DNA of 63,655 bases, the filler included, from Neoconidiobolus thromboides FSU 785 (Eukaryota > Fungi > Entomophthoromycota), in assembly GCA_025603075.1 (NCBI GenBank). It is 7 parts of 7 records of this genome, joined end to end, with 100 filler letters (N's around TTAATTAATTAA, not from the genome) between each part and the next. Parts side by side here need not be neighbours in the genome. Positions count along the whole stretch, not along the records: positions 22,984 to 43,519 come from MU626551.1; 6 more parts are not named here. One strand, written 5' to 3'. Below the pieces are notes generated by a model. The model worked only from the letters and a program-made list of their open reading frames with translations. It searched no databases and was not told where the DNA came from. Both the position numbers and the translations under genes were made by a program. Each line of letters begins with the position of its first letter. Position 1 is the first letter of the stretch. This document shows, piece after piece, positions 23,839 to 36,630 of this stretch.

Positions 23839-25021
23839 CATGCTTTTGATTGATAATTTTTTTAATGATTTTTTTAAAACTTTGTTCCTTAAAATGTGAA
23901 CAAATTATTGGGTTAATAGATTTAAAAGCAGAGAAATGTGATAGCACGAATATCTGACGAATTCTAGTAGCTATAAAAGATTGCAATAGTTGGACAAATA
24001 TCTCACACCATCACATTTTCCGCTTTACCGTCATATTAAAGAAACATTCTCAATTTTCGATATTAGCTGTTTTCATCAAAAATTAGGTCAAATTCAATCA
24101 AAAAATTATAATCTTCAAGAAGAAATTTAAACTATTAGAGTATTTCTATTGAAAGTAATAAAACGAATGTTTCAACATTAAACTTAGTGGTTTTTTGCTA
24201 TTTCTAGAGTTTTTAAAATTTTAAATATACCAGCTATTACTTATTTAATAAAAACATGCTGAAAACAAGTCCAAAGTAATATACTATGTAAACTCATCAA
24301 AAATAACATAAATTAGTAAAAGTACTAATAAATTATATCTTGAAAATAACATCCTTAGATAAAATTTTACAGATTTCTATCAATATTTATTACCTCAATG
24401 TAAAATTATTTATACCATTAGCAATGATAAAAATAAAAAGTAAATTAAAGAATATATAAAATTATCAAAAATATCATTAATAAAATTAAAAATTGATGAC
24501 GATATTTTTTATACTAGGCGATATTTAAATGGTCATCAAGTATTAAAGAATTTTCACCTTGATTTTATAAAACCAGTTCAACTAGATAAAACGGGTGTTA
24601 TCTATAGGTTTAATTCATAATATTCAAAACCGGTAAAACACAAGAGACTAGAAGAAACTTGAATATTAGGCCTAAATCAACCCATCTATAACACTATTTT
24701 AAGTCCTGGAGATGTAGATATCTAGTGATTTTTGAAAACCATTTATAAATCTCAATTTAATTAATTCATTATACAATTATAAGTTTTAAATATAATTATG
24801 AGCATTAAATAATCAAATTAATTCATAGATTTTTTGTTTAAGTGATGACATGATTTCTAAAAATAAGAATAAAAATGAGTAGCATAAAGGTTTTACAATC
24901 ATAAGCAGATATGCTAATTTTTAGTATAAAAAGGGATCAAAATAAATTAATTAAGCTCATTTTAATAATCATCAATATCAAATATAAATAAATTATTGAG
25001 ATTTAGCTAAACTATTTTTAA

Positions 25022-26515
25022 ATGGATTTAGACAATAAAAAACAAGACGATATACCTTTTACTGAGCAATACAAAGAAGCCCCTGTTGGTAGGCCAGGCC
25101 CTGTTCCTAAAGCTGCGTGGTTTATTATAGTTTGTGAATTATGTGAAAGATTCTCATTTTATGGCGCTTCTCTATTATTCGTCCCTTATCTATTAGATAG
25201 ATTAGGTCAATCCAAGTCTTCAGCCACTGCTATAAACTCTGCCTTTTTATTTTTTGCTTACTTTACTACCATCGTTGGTGCTATCCTTGCAGATACTTAT
25301 TGGGGTAAATTTAAAACTATATTATTCTTTTCAGTTGCTTATTTACTTGGATTAATACTACTCTCGGTTTCTTCTATCCCTGCCTCAATTGACTCCGGAT
25401 TTGGATTAACTGGGTTCTGTTTAGCTACCTTTTTATTTATTGCTTGGGGTACTGGTGGAATCAAATCAAATGTATCTGCTTTTGCAGCTGAACAAGTACC
25501 TCAAAATAGTGCTTATGATTATAATTTAACTGTAGAAAGAGTTTTTCGATTCTTCTATTGGGCTATTAATGCAGGTGCTTTCTTCGGTATGTTAATTTGC
25601 CCTATACTTGTAAATAATTTAAATAGTCCACCCGGTGGTTTTGGGTTACCTGCGGCTGTGTTTTTCGTTGGGATCTTCCTTTTTATCTTTGGCCGTAAAT
25701 TTTATGTTGAATATGAAGTAAAAGAAAATCCTATTTTAAAAGCCCTAAAGTGTATCAAATATGCTTTATCTCATCGTAGCCATTCAAATGAGCATTGGTT
25801 GGATGGTGCCTATACTAATCCAAAATACGATGTAGAATATGTCGATGGTTTAAAACGTACAATTAAAGGTTGTAAAGTATTTTTATTTTACATATTATAT
25901 TGGGCACTTTATAATAACATGTCAAGTGCATTCATTATTCAAGGTGTGAATATGTCTCGTCCTTCATGGCTTGGTGCTGAACAATTGAATTTGGTTAATT
26001 CTTTAGTTTTAATTATATTTTTACCAGTATTTGATTATTGGGTTTTTCCATTTTTAAGATCCAAAGGCTTTAAATTAGGGTTGATCACTCGTATTACTAT
26101 TGGATTTGCTATATGTACTATTGCATTTATATATGTAACTGTTCTTCAACATGTGCTATATAATACTGGTCCGTACTATGATTTTTCTAATGTAGTAATT
26201 AAAGAGGGAGAACCCTACCCTACTAACAATCTATCTATCTGGTGGCAAATACCAGCATACTTTTTAATCGCTATTTCTGAAATCTTTGCTTCAGCCACTG
26301 GTTTAGAGTACGCCTTCAAATATGCTTCACCCGAGTTAAAATCCGTTGTGTTAGCACTCTTTTTACTCACTAACTGTGGTGGTAGTTTGATTATCCTTAT
26401 ACTTTCTATTTGGTCTTATGACCCTCTTTATACTATTTTATTCGCTAGCCAAACCGCTGCTATGGGGGTATTTACAGTAATTTTTTATTTCTTATTTAGA
26501 AAACAAGATGATTAG
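25022..26515 (+). CDS. PTR2: POT/PTR-family proton-dependent di/tripeptide transporter, intronless
   Basis: ExxERFSFYG motif (ELCERFSFYG), GTGGIKSNVS, FYWAINAG and SEIFASATGLEYAF. Confidence 0.93.
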   Translation: MDLDNKKQDDIPFTEQYKEAPVGRPGPVPKAAWFIIVCELCERFSFYGASLLFVPYLLDRLGQSKSSATAINSAFLFFAYFTTIVGAILADTYWGKFKTILFFSVAYLLGLILLSVSSIPASIDSGFGLTGFCLATFLFIAWGTGGIKSNVSAFAAEQVPQNSAYDYNLTVERVFRFFYWAINAGAFFGMLICPILVNNLNSPPGGFGLPAAVFFVGIFLFIFGRKFYVEYEVKENPILKALKCIKYALSHRSHSNEHWLDGAYTNPKYDVEYVDGLKRTIKGCKVFLFYILYWALYNNMSSAFIIQGVNMSRPSWLGAEQLNLVNSLVLIIFLPVFDYWVFPFLRSKGFKLGLITRITIGFAICTIAFIYVTVLQHVLYNTGPYYDFSNVVIKEGEPYPTNNLSIWWQIPAYFLIAISEIFASATGLEYAFKYASPELKSVVLALFLLTNCGGSLIILILSIWSYDPLYTILFASQTAAMGVFTVIFYFLFRKQDD

Positions 26516-28627
26516 TTTTCATGTACAAATTCTAGCATAACTCTAATAAAATAGATAAACAATATTCATAATGTATTTAATTTTAATCGTAAAAGTTACA
26601 TTAAAATAAAACTTAGCTATGATTCAAGTTTTACAATTTACAATCTATAATATGATAGAAATTGTAACTTCTAAAAATCTTAATTATAGAACAAATATAA
26701 TGAAAGTATAACAATGTTTAATGACAGTTCTGGGTTTACATAAGAGTCAATAAATGGATTTATGTGCAGTAGTAGTAGTACCTTCTACAAATTTATACTT
26801 TTGCAAATACTTCACAAAACGTGTGTTGAAAATATACCGAATAATAATTTTCGTGTAATTCATGAATCTTTTATGAATAAGTTGAGCAAGAATTAAATAA
26901 GGGGATAAATTTCCGCTTATTTACACTTCTTTATATTTCAATACTATAATGAAAACATTCAATTTTTTTACAAATTATATTCAAAAGCCTACTCTATTTT
27001 TATATTAGGGCCCTATCATTTTAAATACAACTGTGTTGGTAATTATCTAAGTATAAGTCTTATACAAGCTTTACACAATACAATAAATTGCTCGATTTCA
27101 TATCTAAACTAATTCGTGTCGGTTTTATAATATGAAATAACTTCTTTTTACTATTAAATGAGTTGAATAATGAATGGAAATTAAGTAAAAGATGAAATTA
27201 TATGAAATTAATGGCTTGTATTTATACGAGAGAGTTTGAAAGTTGGTTGGAATAAATATTTTTCAAATTTATTTAAATTGAAGTGTTTGAAACTTATATG
27301 AGTGAGTTAACCCAAGGTAAGCCAATGATCTTTATAAAATTTGTCTGACAAACTTTTGAAACACATCGAAACCGGAGAAAAGTTGAACCCTGGATTCAAA
27401 TAAATCCATGCTTAAAATAACTATGTTAAATGGTACTTTATCTTATCAAATACTATATACTAAATAATATATAGCATAACCAAGCTATTTGTATGTACTG
27501 AACTCATATTCTTAAGTTTACTACATACTTGTTCATTATACAAAAATATTTAATAAATAATTTTATTAGTTAATTTAAAATAAAGTTTAGAAGACAAAAT
27601 TTTTGATAGAATAAAAATAGAATAATATCAAATAACTGGGGAAGGCAGTATAAATTCAAATAATATTAGCAGTATATTAATTGTTCTTCTACAAAGATTT
27701 TGAGAAGAAATTTTTTGGCTCACATCCCAATAAATAAAGAAATTCTATCACAGCATTCAACTGTCGGATCTTTTCTAAGGGATTTCCGAATTCCAAGCTT
27801 TCATAAAAAATGGTTGATGTAAAAAGCAATAAAAAAAATGAGAATAAAACTTATAAGATTTTTTTATTATGGATACTTACACTTTTTTAAATATTATAAA
27901 AATAGAACATTATCAATAACAGCAATATATAAATAAAAGCAAAGTATATTATAAACTAAATGATATATTAACTACTTTTAGCTAATACAATTCTAATTAA
28001 TCTTTTTTTGCCGCAGCTAAATTATTTTAAAATTATCAGATAAATTGTTAACTAGATACATCGCTGTTGCTCTTTTGCGATCTATTTAATAGCACATTTT
28101 AGAAAAACTCGCTAAAAACTCGTCAATGTATATGAATCATCGTTTAAAAGAATTTATGTGGACAATTTAACTATAATAATTAACGCTAAAAAAGTCTCAA
28201 AAGAGCTGTAGCAGCTTTAAGCTAATTTAAAAAAACTTGCACTTTAAACTTTAGAAAAAGCTGCGAATATTAAGAATAAAATATGACCAAAAAGATCTTT
28301 GGGGATCTCTAAAAGGTGAGTTTAATTGAATTTATTCTTTAATTGGATTTAGTTTTCCCAATTTTATTTAACTAGCATTCCCTCCGATTTATCAGGGGAA
28401 TTCCAGCTTGTAATGATTTCATTGTTAATTTTTAATAGTCAAATTCTAAAAAAAAGCATGGATTAGTAATTGTGCTGTTTAATAAGTATTTTACCTTCGG
28501 CAAAAGTTGAATCAACAAATTCCATTAGGATTCTTAGAGCCAAATTTAGCAATGTTTAATAAATGTTGGAGTATAAAAAGAAGCTAAAAGAATTTAAAAT
28601 AGTATCATTCTTAATTATTAATTTAAT

Positions 28628-29968
28628 ATGAGTAGTAGTACAATAAATAATCAAGTAGAAGAAAAATTCGAGAGTAAAAGCCCAAATTCAAATAGCTCAA
28701 ATGCTACTTTTAGAGAAGCAAATGAAGATGTATTAGATGAAAAAATAGAAGAAGATCCAAGGCTGGATAGTATACAAAGTTGGGTCGTAGTCATAGCAAG
28801 TTTCTTTAATTTGTTTGTTGTTTTAGGAGTAGTATATAGTTCTGGAGTATTTGTTCAATATTATGCTGATGACTTATTTAAAGATAAAGTACCATTATCC
28901 ACATTAAGTTTTATCGGAACTTTAAGTACTTCTCTCACAACTCTATTAGCTGTATTTACAGGAAGATTAGCAGATAGAATAAGCTATCGTAATTCTATCC
29001 TTATTGGCTCAGTAATTTACGCTTTGGGATTATTATTGGCATCCTTTAGTTCAGAAGTATGGCATTTGTTTTTAACACAAGGGGTTATGGTAGGTATTGG
29101 AGGTGCTATTGCGTTTGTTCCTGCTGTAAGTGCTCCTGCTCAATGGTTTAGGAAATACATTGGTTTAGCTACAGGTATTGCTGTAGCTGGTTCTGGAATC
29201 GGTGGGTTAGCATTAAGTCCAATTACTCAAGTTGTTTTAGATAAGTTAGGATTTAGATGGGCACTTCGAGTACAAGCAATTGTTTCTATTGTTATATTAA
29301 CCATCACTGCTTTTTTTATAAAGCCAAGAGTAGTGTCTCAAAACAAAGGTTCATGGTTTGATTTCTCTAAATTTAAGAACCGTAAATTCCTTGCTTTATT
29401 TTTTGGAGGTTTCCTATGCTCTTTTGGTTATCTTGTCCCATTCTTACTTATGGGCAAATACGCAAGATCAATCAACCTTACTGTTTCTCAAGGTTCTATT
29501 TTAATCGGGTTATTAAATGGTGGATCTGCTATTGGCAGAGTTGTATTAGGTAGTTTAGGCGATCGTTTTGGTAGAATCAATATCCTTTCTGTTTGCATTG
29601 CATTTACATCATTTTTCTGCTATTTCATCTGGACATTTTCATATAATTTTGGTGTATTACTACTTTTCAATATCCTGTATGGTGTAGCAGCTGGAGGTTT
29701 TATTTCAATGTTACCTGTTGTTACAGTTCAATTATTTGGTGTAGAAGGTATTGCAAGTATTAATGGATTACTTTATTTTGGCTCTGGGATTCCAAATTTA
29801 GTTGGTACCCCTATTGCATCAGCTATATTAACTGCCTCAAGTTCTGACCCAGCCAATCCTAACTATATTCCTGTTATAATGTACTCAGCAACTTCCGCTT
29901 TATTAGGATCAATGTTTTTCTTTACCCTTAAACTTATGGTTAACAGGAAAATAACCGCGATAGTATAA
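28628..29968 (+). CDS. MFS monocarboxylate-transporter-like protein (MCT/Mch family), intronless
   Basis: 12-TM pattern; SWVVVIASF, GRLADRISYR, QWFRKYIGLATGIAVAGSGIGG and GRVVLGSLGDRFGR. Confidence 0.9.
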   Translation: MSSSTINNQVEEKFESKSPNSNSSNATFREANEDVLDEKIEEDPRLDSIQSWVVVIASFFNLFVVLGVVYSSGVFVQYYADDLFKDKVPLSTLSFIGTLSTSLTTLLAVFTGRLADRISYRNSILIGSVIYALGLLLASFSSEVWHLFLTQGVMVGIGGAIAFVPAVSAPAQWFRKYIGLATGIAVAGSGIGGLALSPITQVVLDKLGFRWALRVQAIVSIVILTITAFFIKPRVVSQNKGSWFDFSKFKNRKFLALFFGGFLCSFGYLVPFLLMGKYARSINLTVSQGSILIGLLNGGSAIGRVVLGSLGDRFGRINILSVCIAFTSFFCYFIWTFSYNFGVLLLFNILYGVAAGGFISMLPVVTVQLFGVEGIASINGLLYFGSGIPNLVGTPIASAILTASSSDPANPNYIPVIMYSATSALLGSMFFFTLKLMVNRKITAIV

Positions 29969-31022
29969 TCTCAAAATTCATTTCTGTTTGTTTCTTAATG
30001 ATCATGTTGTAATTAATTGTTGAAGGCGATTTAAAGGCTTCATGCTGTTACACTAATAAAAATAATTATTTCTGTTTTTAACATAATTAAGTGAATATTT
30101 CAATTTTTAAGATGGTGTTTTTGTTTTAAAATGTTCACGAAATGGTTTTAGATGACTTTAAATTTGTAGTTTCAGGTTAAACTACAAGTCTGGAAAATAA
30201 ATGTTCTCGTTAAAAAACTTGCTTTGATTAACCTATTATAATCTATACAATTTTTAAATTCATTATTTGGACCCTTAAATTACGTTTAATAGACTCCTTG
30301 TTATTAAATATCAAATTCAAATATATATGATTTTTTAAAAACAGAATCTGAAAAAAATTTTGAGGTGTTGTTAAAGATGCTTGACGTAAAAGAAAACAGG
30401 AATGTCTTTTATTTTACTTATCTATACAATGTAAAATTTAAAAAAAAAAAGTTAAACCTGAAACAATAAAAAATATTTACATGAATAATATAACTGTTTA
30501 TTGTAATGATTATACATACAGTTATCAAATTGATAGAAATAAAAGACAAGACTGTGATATATTAAAGCTACAAGTATAAGTTTTAAGAAATAATAGAGAG
30601 ATTAACTACCCTACTTTTTAACTTAGAATATAATTAATCCATTTAATTAGCCTAAATAATGTATTTAAGATATATTATTCTATAAAATAAATATATCCTG
30701 TATGTAAATGAAATTTCGTTCATAACATAGTTATTTAGTCTATAAAGTACTTAAGCTTTTATTGATAATAGAGATATTAATAATTTGCTAGCAAAACTTC
30801 GATACAAATTAATATTAATTATAGAATTTTATACCAAGAATAAGTATTTTTATAAATAATAAAAAGCTATATTTATTACCTTTAGTCTTTCAAAATAAAA
30901 AAGATAAAAACGAAAATAAATTAGATCATTAGCACATAGTTAACCACACTACCTTTGAATGTATATATTTAACATTGCAGTTAATAATATCATTACCATT
31001 TTGTATGGAATGGTAAAAACAA

Positions 31023-31095
31023 AGCCCAACGCGGGGGTCGAACCCGCAACCTTGAGATTAAGAGTCTCACGCTCTGCCGATTGAGCTAGCCAGGC
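31023..31095 (-). tRNA. tRNA-Lys(CTT), no intron
   Basis: GCCTGGCTAGCTCAATCGGCAGAGCGTGAGA-CTCTTAA-TCTCAAGGTTGCGGGTTCGACCCCCGCGTTGGGCT; A and B boxes, cloverleaf, T-run terminator downstream. Confidence 0.95.
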
Positions 31096-32413
31096 AACTA
31101 ATGTGCTGGTATTTAATAACATTACATTATAAACTATTGTAAATTTAGTAATGCTCTGTAATATATATCTCAAAGTTATCGAAGACATTTTATAATAAAA
31201 CTATGTATGATTTTTTACTTTTGATTGAATATCTGAGTTTTAAGTACTTATATTTAACAATTATAAATATTATAGAGAAACTTTATTTTAATCTTTTTTG
31301 TATAAAAAATAACAATGTTTTGTAAAAATAATCAAATAGTCGAATGTAGTTACAAGTATCATACTTTGCTAAAAGAGCCCAAAGCTCATTAGGAATAATT
31401 TTGTTCAGCTTCTCTCAAGATGTTTATCTTTTTTGATCACTTTTGGATCAAAATAAATAGAAGCGCTATCATTTATCTTGTAGAGTTTATCTAAAAACAC
31501 TGATACTTTCAAACTTTATTTTAATCTGATTTTGAGCAAAGCGTGAAGTACCTTTGAATCTTCTGAAGGTTTTCAAAGTTGAGCTTATTCGAAGGTTGCT
31601 TGGACAAAGTTCTCATATTTAGTCTGATAAAATAGCGCACCTCCGACTCTTTAGTATGCTTTAATCAAATTGTTTTTTATTTTATTTTATTTTATTTTTG
31701 ATTAAATAAAAATTTTGAGTGAGAGATTTTAATAGGAATAAAGATCCTTAGCTAATAAATTTATGAAGTTTTGAGCCATTTTATGACATATTAATTGTTA
31801 TAAATAGATCATATAGCGTTATTGTTTTAAAGTTTAATAAAATGCTTTTATAAATATATTATTCTTTATTATAATTTTATTTATTTTAATCAATTTAAAA
31901 TTAATAAATTCCATTTATAGTTCTTATGGATAATATAACGCAAAGGATATCTAATAAATTTTGTATTCATATAAACTACATTATCAATTTAAATTAACGG
32001 AGTAAGTTTTAAAAGACAATTAAATTCTTATAATAAATTAACCACTTTTGGTTAATTTGATAAAGTTACTATTGTTACAAAAAGTATTTTCTAATCATAT
32101 TTTGGTATAAACTTTAATACATTATAAAAAACATAATATTATTTGTTCTTTATTAGAATTATGAAAGAATTATAGATCTGCAATTGCATGATCAACTTTT
32201 ACTATATCAAGTAAAGTTAGTGTTATTCATTAAATTTAATTTGCAATGAACCGTTGAATCAATGTTGAACATAAGAACTATTTAAAAATCAGAAAACTAA
32301 TTGATGATAACCAGATTTCATTGGCAATCAAAATTATCATAATATTCTAGAAAGTATATAAAAGGCTCAAATACAACATTTAAAACATTTAAAAACAAAA
32401 TAATAGAAAATAA

Positions 32414-32788
32414 ATGGCTAACCTAGTATTAAACATAATTACCAAAGACCAAGTATGTAATTATAATGAATATCATGAGTATTTAGATGAATATTTGTAC
32501 GATCAAGAAGAACTCGATAATGATTTAATGGGTGATATACCTTTATTGATTATGTTACCAAGTCCTATGAGTTCGATAGAATCATTACCAACTACTCCAA
32601 TAGACGATAATCAAAATTACAATGTAAACAATAATTGGGATCAATTAATTAATGAAACTAAAAAAAATACATCTAAATATTCAAATTATAGAATGTTTGA
32701 AAACGAATACACAAGTATATATAATACAACATCAGATATCAATAGTCTTGATAAAAAAAGTAAACGACGTGCAATGTACTTTCCTTAA
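32414..32788 (+). CDS. Small hypothetical acidic protein (124 aa)
   Basis: ATG-initiated ORF with TATATAAAA about 55 bp upstream; no family recognised. Confidence 0.55.
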   Translation: MANLVLNIITKDQVCNYNEYHEYLDEYLYDQEELDNDLMGDIPLLIMLPSPMSSIESLPTTPIDDNQNYNVNNNWDQLINETKKNTSKYSNYRMFENEYTSIYNTTSDINSLDKKSKRRAMYFP

Positions 32789-34286
32789 TCTCTTTGTTTT
32801 TTTAACTCCTTTGTACTTTATATTTAAAATAATAAACTTAATTATTGTGATTTTATATCTTAATTTTTACTTAACTATAAATTATAAAAATAATGATTCA
32901 GAGCAATCGTATAAAAGCAAATTCATTCAAAATATTAATATTTCTATAAAAGACTAGTTTCTCAGATCATTATTTATAAAATAATAAGTAGTACTGAAAT
33001 TAGATTATTTGATTTTATAACAATATTTTAAAGAGGTAAAGCTTATTTTACTTCATAAAGGGAGTATTGAGAGTACGATTGAGTACACCAAATGTATCAA
33101 ATATTACATATTTTGAACTTTTTTAAAGTTATAATAGTAGCTAAAGTAATTGGAATCTAAAACTCTGCTTAATTCATTTTAATTTATTAATTTACTTGTT
33201 TAATTAAATGTCTCCTAGCTTTATTTACAAAGGTTCTAAAATTGTTATATAATGTAGTGTTGTTATATTATTTGATTTATATATTAAAAGTAAAAAATAA
33301 TCATAGGACTTATAAAAATAGCTGTTTGACAAAGAGTAGTTACAAGTAAAAATTGAAAATAATTAAAGCTCAAAAAACTTATTGAATTTCCAACAAATAA
33401 GCAAGATAACGAGTCAAACTTTTGATTCTATCTAATAGTCATCACCTTTGGGTAGAATTTAGATAAATAACATTAAAACAACGAAAGTTTTTAGATTAAA
33501 TAAAACACCCGCTAGTATTCATTTATAAAATTTAATAAATTGTATATTAAAATAAGTTCTTTGGTTCTAAAATAGCTTAATCATTAAGTTCTACTTTAGC
33601 AATAAATATTTATGCTGTGCCTAATATTATATATCTTTAACTTGCCTTTTATGTAATCTAATATTCTTTTATTGTTACTATGTTATTTATTAACTTAAGT
33701 TCTTGACTAAATAGATTTGTTCTTTTACCCAAGTGCTTATTTAACCTATGTCTGTGGTTGTGTATATCTGTATTTTTTGCTAATCTCTTTTTGTAAATAT
33801 TTTCTATTGAGTTACATCAAAAACCAGCAAAAAAGATCAGCAAAAAACGCAGATGTATACAATCACAACTACATCGATATGAATAAAAATGAAGATAAAC
33901 TGGAGATGGTGACATGCAAACCTTACTTTTTAATTTGTAAAGCTATTCTTCTATGAAAAAAATGGATGTTCTAAAGGGATAGTTTGTAAACTGAAATTTT
34001 GCTAATAAACATTGTTTCAATATAACAATTGTATTGTTTAAAAAGAACAATAAGTTTTGATGTTAATATTCCAAGACAAAATAGCTATCCTACTGAAAAG
34101 AGCTATCAAGAAATATATTACCTATGAAATTAATTAATTACGCCATAAGTTTTAATAAATTACCAAAATTAGCTTATCACTGACGTTGATTTTCACTTAA
34201 AACTTGACCAAAAATCAGTGACTTCATTAAACTTTAATTAAAAATATAAATTCAACCAGTTTTTTAATAATTGTATGCTTTATTAA

Positions 34287-36432
34287 ATGAATGGGGATAA
34301 AACAGAAATCAAAGATAATGATTTCAATACAATAATTGAAGATAATATTGGAAATAGTCATTCAAGAGATGAAGAAAGGAATAGTAGTTCAAATAACCAA
34401 GAGAGGGATAATAGTAGTGATGACGATTTAGAGTTTAGAGATTATAATACAAACGAAAAGAATAAAAGAAATGGACCATTACTTGATTTTAACCAACTTG
34501 AAGCAAGTGTTAGAACCGAAGAAGTCGAGCATGATATAGAAGAAAGTGATTGGTGGAGTAAAGAAGGGTTGAGTTATGAAGAAGCCAAGGAATTTGATTC
34601 CCAGTTTTATATAAGAAGGATCAATAATTCTAACGAAGGAATTAATAAAAAATGGTATAACAAATGGCTATCATCTACTTGGGCTAGAATGATTTGGACC
34701 ACTATCACTTTACTAGGTTTACAATTCACTTGGTCTTTAGAGCTTTCTTATGGTAAGTTAATTCATATATATATTATATATTTTGTAATTTAATTAAAGG
34801 TACTCCTTATTTATTATCACTTGGATTATCCAAATCTATGATGTCATTGGTTTGGCTAGCGGGTCCACTTTCAGGTAATTATTATTCAATAATAATATAA
34901 TATAGTATAATATAATAGACTATAATTAAATTATTTTAGGATTAATAATGCAACCATTGATTGGAGTAATAAGTGATAAATGTGAGTCGCCATTAGGACG
35001 ACGTCGACCATTTTTAATTGTTGGTACGGTATTTGTGTTATTTGCATTAATAAGTATTGGGTGGACGCAAGAATTCGTTGATTTTTTAAATGGTCCGTCA
35101 TCTGCTACAAAATATATTGCTGTATTAGCTTTTTATATTTTAGATTTTGCTGTTAATACAAGTAAGTTTTTTTTATGTCTTTTTCAACAAGTGTTTTTTA
35201 TCCTATATTTTTAGTTCAAGCTGCTGCTAGAGCTTTAGTTGTAGATGTTTTACCAGCTAAATTTCAAGAAACGGGAAATGCATGGGCAGGACGAATGATT
35301 GGGGTTGGCAATGTTATTGGATATTTCATGTAAGTTGATCTATTTTAAATTTAAAAATCGCATTTATTTAGTTTAACTGTTTAGGGGGTATTTGGATTTA
35401 GTAACATTGTTTCCAGGTCTTGGGGATAAACAATTAAAAATATTAAGCTTTTTTGCATGTCTATTACTTACATTTATGGTAGGTTTAACTTGTTTTATGG
35501 TTCGGGAAATTCAATATAGTAAACCAAATTTAATTGAACCGCCTATTAATGAAGCAATTGAAAGAAATAATACACATGAATTTACACCCATATTTCAAGC
35601 TATTAAAGATATTTTTATAAATATTAAAAGTTTACCACAGCCAATATGGAGATTATGTGTTGTTCAATTCTTTTCTTGGATTGGTTGGTTTCCTTTTTTA
35701 TTTTATTCAACTACTTGGGTAGCTGAATTTATGAATAATAATATAGCAATAAATAATAACCAATTAGAAGATGAAGTAGGTAACAAAACAAGGGTAGGAT
35801 CAAAGGCGTTTGTTATTTATTCTATTGTATCATTAGTATCATCCTTTGTATTACCAGTATTTTGTAGTTCAAGTATCAATAATAATAACAATTCAAAACT
35901 AAAAAATATAATTCAATATTTTCCAACTTTGCCTCAATTCTTTACATTATCTTTAGTCTTATTTGGTATATTAATGTTATCTACATTCTTTATAAACTCT
36001 GTTATTGGTGCTACTTTAATTATTGCTTTATGTGGTATATCCTGGTCTGTTTCAATGTGGGCACCCTTTGCATTAATTGGTGAATTTGTACACCAAAAAG
36101 GATCAATAAGTCAAAATTCAGAGTATTTGCCTTTACAGGATATTGTCACTCAAACTAATAACAATAATAATCAAATCCATCAAATAAACGATAATAATAA
36201 TAACAATAATGTTACAAACAATGATAGTAATCTTACCAATCCACAACCAGAAGCAGGAATGATATTGGGAATTCATAATATATTTATTGTTGTACCTCAA
36301 TTACTGACATCTTTTGTGGCTGCTATTATATTTATGATACCTGGTTTAGGGGAATCAGTGGGCATTATTTTAAGACTGGGTGGTATTACTTCGTTAGTGG
36401 CATGTTATTTATCTTTAAAGTTATGGAAATAA
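34287..36432 (+). CDS. GPH/SLC45-type sucrose/alpha-glucoside:H+ symporter (Sut1-like), 5 exons (34287-34752, 34800-34874, 34940-35161, 35215-35329, 35385-36432)
   Basis: GLQFTWSLELSYGTPYLLSLG, WLAGPLSGLIMQPLIGVISD...GRRRPF, IQAAARALVVD and QFFSWIGWFPFLFYSTTW. Confidence 0.92.
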
Positions 36433-36630
36433 AATTTTAATAAAAATAATTAAGAGTTAAAGTTATTTGAGTATAAAGTTAATTTTTTAAATGAAGATAA
36501 TAATAAATGAATGAAGCAAAAGTTAATTTTTTTATAAAATTGATTTATTTGATATAGATAATAGAAGGAAAATTAAATATTATATTGAAGTTACTTTAAA
36601 AGTTAAAATGATATATAATTATCTTATTAA

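Noticed and set aside
26720-27140. Possible decayed 7TM/GPCR-like gene (NGFMC...VEIYRII); similar hints at 33717-33956 and 60900-61304
   Set aside because: Resemblance is too weak to support without a profile search.
31330-31640. GC-richer, coding-looking stretches (also 23900-24200, 44050-44500)
   Set aside because: Multiple stops in all frames and no recognisable motif; probably old TE or gene debris but unassignable by eye.
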